DNA of 64,000 nucleotides, from positions 186,001-250,000 of the forward strand of contig CBFDEM010000047.1 of NCBI GenBank assembly GCA_965603825.1. The letters are read 5' to 3'. A program made the translations under genes and the position numbers. This stretch comes from Blepharisma stoltei ATCC 30299 (lineage: Eukaryota; Protista; Ciliophora). The notes beneath the pieces were generated by a model, which worked only from the letters and a program-made list of their open reading frames with translations, was not told where the DNA came from and ran no database searches. Shown in pieces: positions 12,694 to 23,668 of the stretch; within the stretch, counting starts at the first letter, position 1; every line of letters starts with the position of its first letter.

Positions 12694-14148
12694 TTAGCCC
12701 GGCGTAATTCTTCTCTCTTTTAGTTTATCAACTAATGCCATAAGTACAGGAGTTGATTCTACCCCTAAGTTTTCTGAGCTTAAATATTTCATGATATCTT
12801 CATCTGTTAACTCCACTTTTTCACCTTCAAAATTCACCTCTTCAAGCCTTGTCTTCAGCACTCGCTCAATTCTTTCTTCTTGTTCTATTTTAAGCTCCCT
12901 TGTCTTTTTCAGTTTTTCTTCAAATTCGGGGTTTATTTTTTTGGTTTCGATTTTCGGCTTGGCTTCGTCTTCGCTTTCTTCGTCAATTGGAGGCTCAATT
13001 GACATGTGAATTCTATTATCAGATCTTTGACTAGCTCTTCCTTCTGATGATTTTTGGCTACCTCTGCCTTCAGCTGAAGATTTTTGGCTTGCTCTGCCTT
13101 CTGAACTTTGGGCAATTAAATTTTTGATCATGTTTTTTTCTTTTTGGTTAAGATCTGGCGAAGTCTCTGAGAAGTTTTCTGGGGTTCTCCCAATAAGTTT
13201 GCGGCCTGCGTGCCATGTGATAATTCCTTCTACTCATGATAACAAGGTAGCTGCAGCTATAGAAATTTTGGTCATGCTTTCTACTGTAATTTTGGGATTA
13301 TCAGTGATAATTTGTCTTACCATCTGGATTTGGGTCTTTGTAAGCTTAAATACATCAATCATCCCTAGCTCCAATTTCAAGGTTCGAGAGTCAAGCATGT
13401 CTTTTATGTTCCCCCAAGTGCATGTCCTGTACCCTTTTAATAAGCAAACCATTTGCAGTATTTTTAAAATTTGCTGATTATTAGCTTGGTTTCTTAAATC
13501 AATAATATCAGATTGGCTTAAAGTCCTCAAAGCGTTTTCTACTTGGTTTATAGCCCCATATAGCTCAGCTTCTGTAACGCTTGGCTCTTCATATAGTCTC
13601 ACAGACGGTATTATTCCAGCATCATTCATAAAATGCCTTGGCCTATTATATTTTCGATTTTCCAATACCCCTTCTTTTGGATCTGGAAGTTGGTCAAACA
13701 TAAAATTTTGGTTAACCAGCATTGGCCTATTGGTTTTTGCTTGATCTAAATTCCCAAACACCTTTGCATGAATACTCAGCAGTAAATCTCTGGCTTTGTC
13801 CAAAATAACTTTAAACATTGCTGTTCCAGGCTTTCCTATATATCCATAATCTCATAGAAAAATAATCACTACAATGTTGTCTACGTTCATTCTTTCTAGC
13901 ATGTGCAGAAGCTTTTCACCTGCAGCCAAAGTGGAGCCGTCGTCGTAGCCTTCTTCGTCTTCAGTTCGGAATGCGAGGATTTTATCTGTTACATCTGGCA
14001 GTTTTGGATCTTTTCCTAGGTGGGATAGCAAAATCTCAAGCTGGCGAGGAGATTTGAGAGCTGCACAGAGGGCTTGGATTTTGAATTTGTCGTGGATTGT
14101 TTTTTGGCCAAATGTTATACTTTTAATTACATCTTCGTCTGAAGCCAT
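12694..14148 (-). CDS. IMPACT/UPF0029-like domain fused to a dynein microtubule-binding-like domain (484 aa)
   Basis: Three same-frame ORFs joined by TGA(Trp) at 13852 and 13234. N-terminal KFKIQA...KILAFR...GYDDGSTLAAGEKLLHMLERMNVDNIVVIIFLWDYG is UPF0029-like. The middle region resembles the dynein MTBD. Confidence 0.75.
13024..13110 (-). repeat. Coding tandem repeat, three copies of ~27-30 nt
   Basis: Encodes SSEGRASQK / SSAEGRGSQK / SSEGRASQR. Confidence 0.8.
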
Positions 14149-14394
14149 TTTAACTTTTTAGTTAAGAATAAAGGATTTTAAAAGATATCATAAGGATAAA
14201 CTGAGGATTTATAAACTAGCATTTATAAATTGAGGAAAATATATTAGAATTGGATGAAAATAGAAAAAATTTTATGATTAGATGATAGGGAATTTAAGTG
14301 CTACATAAAAATAAAGTTAATTTATGAATTAAAATTTATTATAAATTAAAAATTTTCAATACTTATTTATGTTGGCATTAGGAAATATTTATAA

Positions 14395-15081
14395 ATGAAG
14401 AGATCAAATTCAGTTCACCCTTTATCAAAGACTGGAAACCAAATTATTTCACAAAAAGATGACAGAAGCCAAAGTGTCTCGCCAGGCCATCGATTTTTCT
14501 TTTCTCGCGCTAGCCTAACATTCCAGCCATTAAGAAATTTCCAAATGATAGAAAAATCCAAAGCAAAAACAAAAGCTTCTCAGCTAACCGAAGCTATGGG
14601 CGAGCTATCTCAGAAATCTGAATTAAAAGAGCAGCTTTTGCTAAACATAGAAAAATATAAAAAGAAAATCACAAGTGTTAATAACGAAATTTTATATATC
14701 CAGAAAAACAGAAACAAATTAGGAATGCAAGCACAGCGATTAAACTTAACCTCTTCTAATTTAGAAAAATCAAGAACGGGCAATAAAAAAGAAATAAAAG
14801 AAATTGAGACAGTTATAAGAAATAATGTGCAAGTTATTACTATGAAGAATGAAGAAATAAATCAGATTAATCAAATGATAGAAATTGAAAAGAGAAATGT
14901 TGATAGGATGGATTGGAAGGTTAAAGAGCTTGCACAAGAATTGGAAAGCCAATTAAAGGCTAGGGATTATTATAAGCAAGAAGTTGCGATGACTTATAAG
15001 CAAATAGCTAATATAACTGAAAAGATTGAAAATATCAAAGCGGGAAATGACTCGTTTTGCAATAGACTTGGGTCTATTTAA
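14395..15081 (+). CDS. Coiled-coil hypothetical protein
   Basis: 228-aa ATG..TAA ORF with heptad-rich K/E/Q/N composition. Confidence 0.75.
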   Translation: MKRSNSVHPLSKTGNQIISQKDDRSQSVSPGHRFFFSRASLTFQPLRNFQMIEKSKAKTKASQLTEAMGELSQKSELKEQLLLNIEKYKKKITSVNNEILYIQKNRNKLGMQAQRLNLTSSNLEKSRTGNKKEIKEIETVIRNNVQVITMKNEEINQINQMIEIEKRNVDRMDWKVKELAQELESQLKARDYYKQEVAMTYKQIANITEKIENIKAGNDSFCNRLGSI

Positions 15082-15184
15082 ATACTGGGCAAATATAATT
15101 TTTTGAACCTTTAGAGAATAGAGCGCGAGAAATCTCTTGAAAGTTAAGTAATCGGCCTACTTTAATTAAAATTGCCTAATTAAC

Positions 15185-16297
15185 TTACATTATCCTTCTA
15201 GGCTGGATTTTTCCAATTAACCCTTTACATTTTCTGCAATAGTGAGCAATTTCTTGCAAATTGTCAAGATTATTGCTTCCATAGCAATTAGAGCAGCAAA
15301 GGCGTTTTCATCTAAATAAATCTTACAGTGGCAGTGGTGGAATTTCTAGCTTAATGCTTGTCAACACCTCAATTCTGCAGTTTTTGCAATATGCTCTTGT
15401 CGGCATAATCCCAAGGCTCTCGTTTTCCAGTTTAAATTCCTTCACATTTTTCTTCTCATAATAAAAATCCTTAGGCTCTGTATGTATTTCCGTCTCATTT
15501 TCCATTGTATTTGTAGTGACCCTTGTTGTCAAAGTGTTTTTTAATTTTTCCACATATGGAGATTGCCTTTCAGAATTCAAAGTATGTACATTCTTTGCTG
15601 TAGAATCGCTGCTGAGTGTATAAATAGTTGAATATCTTTCTTCAATAGGCTTTTTTGAAGGTGTTTGCCTTATTTCTGTTAAATATTGGCTTTTTGGCTC
15701 AGCTAGCGAGCTAAAAATTGAAAACTTTGTGCTGTCTTGGTTAGAATTAAAAGAAGACTTTGCGTTGAGTTTTTCTTTTGGCTCTTCTCCTTCTTCAGTA
15801 AAAGAAAAATCGCTGAGGATTTCATCAGATATGTCTAGGTATTTTAGGTCAATACTTTCTTTACCGCAATCTGAAAAATCAATTGAAATTTGTGATTTTG
15901 ACTGGTCAGAGTCTGGGATACTGCTCAAAGCAGACACAAACTGATAGCTTTGATTTACTTCTTTTACAATAGTTGTAGGCGTTCTTGTGTGGGAGACCTC
16001 AGATTCTTGATAATCAAGGATCTTAAAAGGCCTGCTTGACTTTTGACAGCCTAGATTTTCAATAACATCTTGAATGTCGAAGTTCTGCCTATACCTCTCA
16101 GGAGATCTTGGCTTTAAATGAAGGTTTTGGCCTTTCTTCAAAATTTTCAAAGAACCGCTCGGAAATGGGGATTCTTTATTTGGCTTGTTCAGCCTTAAAG
16201 AATTGTCTAAGTTGAGGATTTTGGCTTTTTCTTTGGTTGGTAAGCATGGAGAGTTCCGGTTCGTGGCTTGTGCACTATTGTTTCGTCGCTTATTCAT
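15185..16297 (-). CDS. Low-complexity protein with C-terminal LITAF zinc domain
   Basis: PTRAYCKNCRIEVLT...PL|intron|WKRLCC...HYCRKCKGLIG. First in-frame ATG at 16297; TAA at 15185-15187. Confidence 0.8.
15312..15326 (-). other. 15-nt intron
   Basis: GTAAGATTTATTTAG. Removal adds the second LITAF knuckle (HYCRKC). Confidence 0.88.
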
Positions 16298-16514
16298 TTT
16301 TACCAACCTTTTTGTTTGCTTTTGAATATCAATGTAAAGTGCGTACAAGCCATTTTTGTTTATGCCTCAATCAACTGCAATTTATAATTGGAATTAAAGG
16401 AAAATTAATTGTTATTATAATTTAAAGAAAGCTAAAAATGCATTTGCATTTAAATGCACTTTTCTTATAATATTATAAATAAATTTGGGCTGCATTATAA
16501 ATATCTTAACCCGC

Positions 16515-17117
16515 TTAGGCACAGCATCCTTTTTTGATGCTTTTTCCTTCAGTTATTTTTGTCCCACCTGGAGTACTAGGGGTTGTGGCTACTTTCGAGA
16601 TTTTTTCAAGTATAGACGCAGACATAGTTTCAAACGCTTTTCTAATATTCACTGAATTTTTTGCTGAAGTTTCTATATATTTCACCCCCAATCTGTCAGC
16701 TAGACTCTGAGCATCTTCTTGGGTAACAGTTCTTTTGCTTGCCAAATCGACTTTATTCCCTATAATCATCTTAGGAGTATTTGCTGGGAGGTAGCTTTGG
16801 GTTTCCTCAAACCATCGATTAATATTTTTGAAGCTTTCAGTATTAGTAATATCATACATGAGAACAATCCCCTGAGCTCCTCTATAATAGGACGCCACAA
16901 TATTTCTGAACCTGTCTTGTCCAGCGGTATCCCAGAGCTGGAGTTTAATGACTTTTCCTTGCAGCTCCAATGTGGTGATTTTGAAATCAACGCCTATTGT
17001 TGTTTGGAACTCAGGGTTAAATGTATCTTCAACGTATCTTAACAGAACTGAGGTTTTCCCGACGTTGCTGTCACCAATCAACAGAAGCTTAAAGAGATAA
17101 TCGTAATCTTGCTCCAT
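16515..17117 (-). CDS. RAB1: Rab1-family small GTPase
   Basis: YDYLFKLLLIGDSNVGKT, TIGVDF, WDTAGQDRF, GNKVD, ETSAK, and C-terminal GCCA prenylation motif. Confidence 0.9.
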   Translation of the reverse strand: MEQDYDYLFKLLLIGDSNVGKTSVLLRYVEDTFNPEFQTTIGVDFKITTLELQGKVIKLQLWDTAGQDRFRNIVASYYRGAQGIVLMYDITNTESFKNINRWFEETQSYLPANTPKMIIGNKVDLASKRTVTQEDAQSLADRLGVKYIETSAKNSVNIRKAFETMSASILEKISKVATTPSTPGGTKITEGKSIKKGCCA

Positions 17118-17129
17118 TTTTAAGTTTAT

Positions 17130-17942
17130 TCAGATTTTATATGAGAGTTTAAGATAAGCCAGAGCCCATGGGGGGAAAATGTCAAGGTCTTCGATATCAG
17201 AGGGGTCAGAGAAGGAAATGGAAGAAGGGTCAATTGAGAAAGGCGAAAGGGAGGCAAAAATGGGGCTTGATGAGATAGCTGAGGGTAAATTTGGGAGAGG
17301 GATGCTGGAAGAGCTTCACTTTTCGGGACTTTTAATTAGAGATGGAGAATAAGCAGTTTCTGAATGCTTGCTTGTGAAGATAGGATAGGCTTGCTTATCT
17401 TCTATAGAAAAATTATTTGGTTCGGCCTTCTCTTGCTCGTTTATATTTAAGGGATTTTCAATATTTATTGTAGGATTTTGGCTGAGCCACTTTGAAAAAG
17501 GCCCTGGGTTATTATCGAAACTATTGATAGCAATATAGTATCTATGAGCTTGCAGGAGCTGAGAAATAACTGGACTGTCCTCAATTGAGACTGTAGGCTC
17601 TTTTAATGAAAATATCAGAGTGGGCACAACATCGGCCCTAATGATGGTCATTTGTAATTTTGATTTTCTATATCTCACAGTCCAGAAATATACTTTGAGC
17701 ATCAAATTAGGCTGAATTTTGAGGTTTGGGACTAAATCTACTTCAATATTATAGAATCCATCTGAGATATGAGTTCCATTATAAAACCCATGAAATGCAA
17801 TAGTAAAAGGATCGTCCTCTTCTAAGTCTTTTTGCTTTAAAGCTTCTTTATCGAAAGGGTATTCTTCTGGTTCAAGATTTAGAAGTTTGATCTTGATAAA
17901 TCTTGATATCAAATAAGTCAGTCTGCAAGAAGATGGCAACAT
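17130..17942 (-). CDS. OB-fold protein resembling telomere end-binding protein beta/TPP1; 3' end unresolved
   Basis: HISDGFYNI...LMLKVYFWTVRYR...LQMTII...TVSIEDSPVISQLLQAHRY parallels the TEBP-beta pattern as recalled (LVTDGYFFV..VIVINNWSLELR..ARLIV..PVNLFRDDEFKTTIQHFRH). Only TGA codons (17316, 17130) and no TAA/TAG separate it from the Rab ATG. Confidence 0.55.
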
Positions 17943-18061
17943 TTATTTAATTTTATTAAAATATGATGGCGCCATTAAAGGAAACACTCTTAAAATAAGA
18001 TAATTATGCTTTTAATAAAAGTCTTTATAGGAGCTGACTATTTGCTGTTTATATATTAAAG

Positions 18062-18331
18062 ATGGGATTTTTGAGTTTTCTTGATAAAGTTTTTGCTAAG
18101 ACTGAGAAAGTTGGTTTTAAAGTTGCAAATGTGACACATAAAGTAGTTGTCACTGGACTATTTTTGACGTTTTTGTATGGAACTTACGGGCTTGCACGAG
18201 ATTATAGAGCATATTTTCTAATGAGAAGGGATCCTAAGTATAAAGAGTACCTACTGAAGAGAGAAGAATTCATTAGAAAAGCAGTTGAAGCAAGAAATGA
18301 TGAAGAAAACAAAGCAAAAAGCAATATATAA
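18062..18331 (+). CDS. Small single-TM protein, possibly COX14-like mitochondrial
   Basis: 89-aa ATG..TAA ORF. ANVTHKVVVTGLFLTFLYGTY is a hydrophobic helix followed by a charged tail. Confidence 0.6.
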   Translation: MGFLSFLDKVFAKTEKVGFKVANVTHKVVVTGLFLTFLYGTYGLARDYRAYFLMRRDPKYKEYLLKREEFIRKAVEARNDEENKAKSNI

Positions 18332-18419
18332 GAAAAATCGTTGCAAAATAATGAAAAATCAATAAATTTCTAGTATTAAAGCTTCTTCTATCTAAAATGA
18401 TAGCAGCCATTATAAGTAA

Positions 18420-19097
18420 ATGTCAAAGGATCTCGAGTTCTTTTTCAATACCATTGGCAGTCTAATTTCTCTGGCATTTTATTTACTAATGATCCCTCCT
18501 CTACAGAGTTCGAAGAAGACAAGAAAATTCGATGAAATATCCTATTTAAACCTCATCCTTTCCCACATATGCGCCATATGCTGATTTTGCATTGGAGTGA
18601 TTTCCAATGATTATGAAATATCTATTCCAAATCTGATATTTGCATGACTAAGTAGTAATTATATCTATGAATTTTATAAAATTGGTCTCGGAAGAACCGA
18701 ATTTTTAAAAACCTACACAATTGTAACGGTATTATCTGCTATATCAATGCTCTTAATTCTCCCACAAGGTATAACAGAGTTTGCTGGAATAATAGTCTAC
18801 ATTCTTTTTTGTGCGGCTCCACTTGAGCAATTAAGACCTACTTTTGAAACCCGAAATCCCAGATTTATAGATATTTACAGCACATTTGCAGCTTTATTAT
18901 GCTGCTTATCATACTTTATGTATTCAATTATCGCTGGCAACATAGTCGTGCTTATTCCAAACCTCGCAGGGATCATTTTTGCATTAATCCAAATCATCGT
19001 ATATTTTTGGGCAAAAAGAATGATTCCCTCTTCTTTTATATCCCCTTTGCTAAAAATAGACACTTTTTTGTCTATTAAATCTTCTAAAAATATTTAA
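18420..19097 (+). CDS. SWEET/MtN3 sugar transporter
   Basis: ATG 18420, read through two TGA(Trp). Two MtN3 halves, each ending in IPNL; AAPLEQLR motif; about 7 TM segments. Confidence 0.82.
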
Positions 19098-19129
19098 ATT
19101 AAATGGAAGTAACGATCTTTAAGTTAAAC

Positions 19130-20374
19130 TTAGATTTTAGCTGTATTCCTTGTGACTGTTTCAATTGCATCAGCTACATACTCGACATTTTTAGTATTCA
19201 ACCCAGCAATTGAAATTCTGCCATCAAGTGTCAAGTAAACGTGGTTCCTGGTCATCAGAGTTTGTGACTGCTCAGCATTCAGCCCAGTAAAAGCGAACAT
19301 TCCAATTTGGTTGGTGATATGGCTCCAGTCGTGTGGGGATCCTTTTTCTTTCAATTTTTCTACCAATGCAGATCTCATTGCTTTAATTCTTCCTGACATC
19401 GTGACTAAATCCTGTTGCCATTGCCTATATAATTCTGGGGTATTCAGAACAGTGCTTACAATTCTTGCTCCATAAAGCGGTGGGTTAGAATACATAGCCC
19501 TGCCTAATATTTTCAACTGTGATACAACTCTGTCAGTTTCTGCACTGGAATCAGTCACAGCTGTAAACAAGCCAATTCTTTCTCCATACAAGCCAAAGTT
19601 CTTTGCAAAGCTCTGAGCTAGAAGCACTGGGCTCTTTTCCTTGACAAAGTATCTTAATCCATAAGCATCTTCATCAGTGCTTCCTGATGCAAAGCCTTGA
19701 TAAGCAGTGTCAAAGAAAGCCAAATGCTGCTTTCTGGTAATGACTTCGTGGATTTGGGCCCATTGCTCATGGGATGGATCTTGGCCAGTTGGGTTGTGGG
19801 CACAAGCGTGAAGGAGGATGATGGAATTTCTAGGAGCTTCGTCAATTTCGCTTAAAAGTCTTTCAAAGTCTAGTCCTTTTTTGGTAGGGCAGTAATAGGA
19901 ATATTCTCTTACTTCAAGCCCTGCGTCTCTTGCGATGTTTTTATGGTTTCCCCAGGTTGGTTTTGGAACGTAAATAATTTTATTGTGAGGGTAGAATCTG
20001 CTGATGAAAGCACAGCCAATTCTTAAAGCGCCAGTGCCAGATAAGGCTTGAAGAGCAGCAATTCTGCCTTCAGCAACTTCAGGGCAATTTCCGTATGCAA
20101 GCAGAGCTGCAGCTTGTCTGAAAGTATTTAAGCCTTCTGTTGGTAAATATTCATGGTCTAAGTTTGCATTGATGAGAATTTCTTTAGCCTTTTTGACTGA
20201 TGGGAGGATCCAAGGCTTTCCATCATCATCTCTGTAAGCGCCAACACCTAAGTTCACTTTTCGTGGATTGGTGTCTCTCTTAAAAGCTTCTGAAATACCA
20301 AGAATTGGATCAGGTGGGCCTTGTGGGACATTAGTCCAAATGCTTGATGCTCGGCTTATTACCTTAGACAGCAT
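19130..20374 (-). CDS. GOT2: Mitochondrial aspartate aminotransferase
   Basis: GPPDPILG, VNLGVGAYRDD, LHACAHNPTG, PLP-lysine SFAKNFGLYGER, DGRISIAG, and a short presequence. Confidence 0.95.
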   Translation of the reverse strand: MLSKVISRASSIWTNVPQGPPDPILGISEAFKRDTNPRKVNLGVGAYRDDDGKPWILPSVKKAKEILINANLDHEYLPTEGLNTFRQAAALLAYGNCPEVAEGRIAALQALSGTGALRIGCAFISRFYPHNKIIYVPKPTWGNHKNIARDAGLEVREYSYYCPTKKGLDFERLLSEIDEAPRNSIILLHACAHNPTGQDPSHEQWAQIHEVITRKQHLAFFDTAYQGFASGSTDEDAYGLRYFVKEKSPVLLAQSFAKNFGLYGERIGLFTAVTDSSAETDRVVSQLKILGRAMYSNPPLYGARIVSTVLNTPELYRQWQQDLVTMSGRIKAMRSALVEKLKEKGSPHDWSHITNQIGMFAFTGLNAEQSQTLMTRNHVYLTLDGRISIAGLNTKNVEYVADAIETVTRNTAKI

Positions 20375-21013
20375 ATTTTATTATTGGAGTATGTTGATTT
20401 TAAGATAAATGTAATAGGATTGGTGGGGAATATTAGAAAGATTTATTAAATAGCTTATTAAGAAATCAACAAATGAGAATAAATGGATTTCAATTCTTGC
20501 TTGTAATAAAAGTGATAATATGTTGCAGCTCGCATTTTGAAGAGAAAATCGGATATGGGAGCTAAATCGATTTGTAGTAGTCATCTGGAAAATAAAATAA
20601 TTAATAAAATTAAATAATAAATCATATGCTGAGATATTTAGCAAGCAATATAAGTAGAAGGAGCTAGAAGTGAGCAATATTTTAAAGCATAAGTGATAGC
20701 TTTGAGAATTCTTAATTTAAGTTTCTCTTAGCATACTAAAAATTCAATTGAAACTGGGATAAGTCTCAAAAGCTCATCACCAGACTTGAGAATCGGCTCT
20801 GCTATTTATATTCATCCTTAATTGAGCCTATAGCAATATAAACAAATACTTATGAGATGCCACCTGCCCATAGGCAACCATAAATAATAGGCAAAGTTTT
20901 AATCCAAGCAAAACTAGAAATTATTATAGAGGGCGATATAATCTAAACGCAAAGGGTGGTTAAAAAAAGCGTTGAGCATGAATATTTTACAGGAATAAAA
21001 ATAAATTACATGA

Positions 21014-21718
21014 TTATACAAAGCTTGCTAAGTATCTGAATAAGTATTCGTCAACTTCCAAAAGTATGCTTAAAATCCCATTACCGCCATCTTCATTCTC
21101 CGGTTTTTTTCCTTTATACTTTATCAGTAGCAGCTCTCTATGCCTCGCATAGTTGATATTTTTAATATCATCAAAATAAAACCCCACATGCACAATGATA
21201 TTTGTAAACCCTCCGAATATCCCCACAATCCCTTGCCCCTCAGGAACTGCAATCTTTTTTTTCGGCCTTTGCCTTTCCCCTATCAAAATAGTTCTATTAC
21301 TATTTGTATATAGTGCTAAGCAAAACAGTCCATGAAAATCGCAGCCATATTCTACATTTGTTATATACTCTGCATTGTTTAATTTTACAGTCAAGCTTTT
21401 TTCAGCTTTGTTCCCAACAGTGGTGTCAAAGAATTTTTTATTTTGAATATCTTCAAGTTTTACATCGAATCCTGTGATATAGTCATTTAATCAGAATGTT
21501 ATTTCTCTAATTGAGCTTCTTCCTTTCATTCTTTCGTTAAAATAATTTGTATTTGCTTTTTCTGTCAGGTGGGAAAATTGAAACTGGAGAGGGATGGAAT
21601 CTAAGTCACATGTGTGAGCGGTTTCGTTTTCTTTTAATGGTGCACCACAATGCTGGCAGGCCGTGTATTTTACAGAGTGGAATACTCTGAAAAAGCTTCG
21701 AATTGAAACAAGTCTCAT
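21014..21718 (-). CDS. Jacalin-like lectin domain protein
   Basis: Two ORFs joined by TGA(Trp) at 21491. LNNAEYITNVE...LYTNSNRTILIG...IVGIFGG....HVGFY is a beta-prism pattern. The N-terminus has CQHC. Confidence 0.7.
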
Positions 21719-22252
21719 TTTTTATATTTGATCAGAAATATAGCTAATAATTTAAAATTACAATATGGATACCGAAATAAAAAGAAGTGGGTTTTTTTAT
21801 TAATATGAATGAAATTTTTTATTTCGTTGTGGATAAAGAAAAAGGAAATCAAATGCTTACATTATTTTTATAGAGTTCATTCAGTCAATTTAAATTTTAA
21901 AATTAATTGACTAAAAAAAAATAATTCGATGTGCTAAACAGAAATTTAATTCAAAGCTATTTGTTTATAAAAAATAGTTCTAAAAATATGATTCTAGCCA
22001 CTAAATATATATTATTTTATTTTGCTAAGCCAATAAGAGGGATAACAATTTTCTAAAGACTGCTAGGCCATTTGAATATTCATGCTTTTATGAAACTGAA
22101 AAATGATAACGAATTTAATAGCAATTAATAAACTACGAAAAAAATATACGCTTATCATAGAAGAATAGAATATACTTCTATCGTGTAATTTCAATCTAAA
22201 TTAATAAATTTACCCAACGAAATTAAATAAATCATCAATTTACATAATGAAA

Positions 22253-23668
22253 TTAAATATAAGAATTAAAGCTTTTTTCAAGGCTTTCATCGACTGCTTT
22301 AGCCTTCATAAAGTTTTCTTCATCACATTCAAAGGCCAAATTATCTTCAAAGAACACATGCTTTGACATTTGGCCACTAAAAATTGTGGCCTGGCTATCA
22401 AGCAAAAATTCATGCTCTTCTCTTACCTTTTTATAAAGCTTCATCATTTTTCCTATAGACTTTACTTTATCTTTTAATATTGCTTTATGTTTTTCTCTAA
22501 TTTGTTTCTCTAGTTCTTCGCATCTTTTTTCGTACTGTTCATCAGCTTCTGCCTTTCCATTAACTGATTTTTTTTCCAAAAGTGCCATAAAAATAGCCAT
22601 AACTTTTTCTACCAGAAAAGGGACACTTCATGCAAAAACATTCATGAAATTGGGCAGCATAAATGGATGATTTGTGAAGTTAAATTGCTGGATATTGATA
22701 ACGTCGTCGTCAAGCTTGATTATTGCAGCTTTGTTATTGTAAGTATCGCAATAATTGGGAGCTGAAAATACTGTAATCACGGAAGGAAACTCATTGCTGC
22801 CATTTCATCGGTGCATTTTGAAACCATCGAGCTGGGCTTCGTGGCCTCTTATTATAGAAATTAAATCGGTTCTGTCTAAAAACTTTGTTACAGCCTCATG
22901 GCCAAATACAAAACTGCAGCCCCTCGCTTGGTTTGGTTGAAATTGGCTGGATAATCTACCATAGTCATCATTAATAGGGTCAGACCACAAAATATCACAA
23001 AAAATTCCATCTTTAGGAGGCTCTCTGAACCTGTTGATATCTCCAATATCTTCTATTGCGGCAAGCCGTGGGGATATTCCTCCATGGAGTGCAATAAATT
23101 TTTCATTAATGAGAGATGATAAAGGAAGTAAATCAAAACTCTCCATAATCCTATCATAAGCATCTAAGTCATATTTGGTGATGCATTCAGATCGGAAGTT
23201 AAAATATGAAGTCATATTTCTCGATTCATGATTACCACGGAGCATATAAATCTTATCTGGATACCTAACTTTCAATGAGTAAAGTAAAATAATTACTTCA
23301 GTCGAAAATACTCCTCTGTCAACATAATCCCCTAAAAACAAATATTTTGTAACTTTTGGGCTTCCTCCGATTTCAAACATTTTTAAAAGGTCATAAAACT
23401 GCCCATGAATGTCTCCCACAATTATAATTGGATCTCTAAGCCACAAGAGATTTGGTTCAGACCGAAAGATAGATGAAGCACTTTCTATAATTTGTATTAA
23501 ATCACTTTTGTGCAGTTTTCCTTCTTTTTTTAGATGCTCTCGAAGGATTTTTGTATCTGGAATTTTGGATTTATCTGGGAAAAGGAGATTATGGTCTAAA
23601 GGCCTATGGGGAGGAATGGTGGAGTTCTTGACCACGCGATCGTTCAGAGGGTCGCTCAGTGGTTCCAT
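22253..23668 (-). CDS. CNA: Calcineurin A (PP2B catalytic subunit)
   Basis: GDIHGQ, GDYVDRG, RGNHE, SAPNYC, FA-W(TGA 22628)-SVPFLVEKV, and calmodulin-binding [13 protein letters not shown] at 22805 is also Trp. Confidence 0.93.

Noticed and set aside
20381-20677. 98-aa minus-strand ORF upstream of GOT2
   Set aside because: Composition reflects AT-rich spacer, with no motifs and no convincing start.
20690-21013. UGA as selenocysteine, with a SECIS downstream of the jacalin gene
   Set aside because: TGA aligns to Trp rather than Cys in conserved proteins, and I found no convincing SECIS core.
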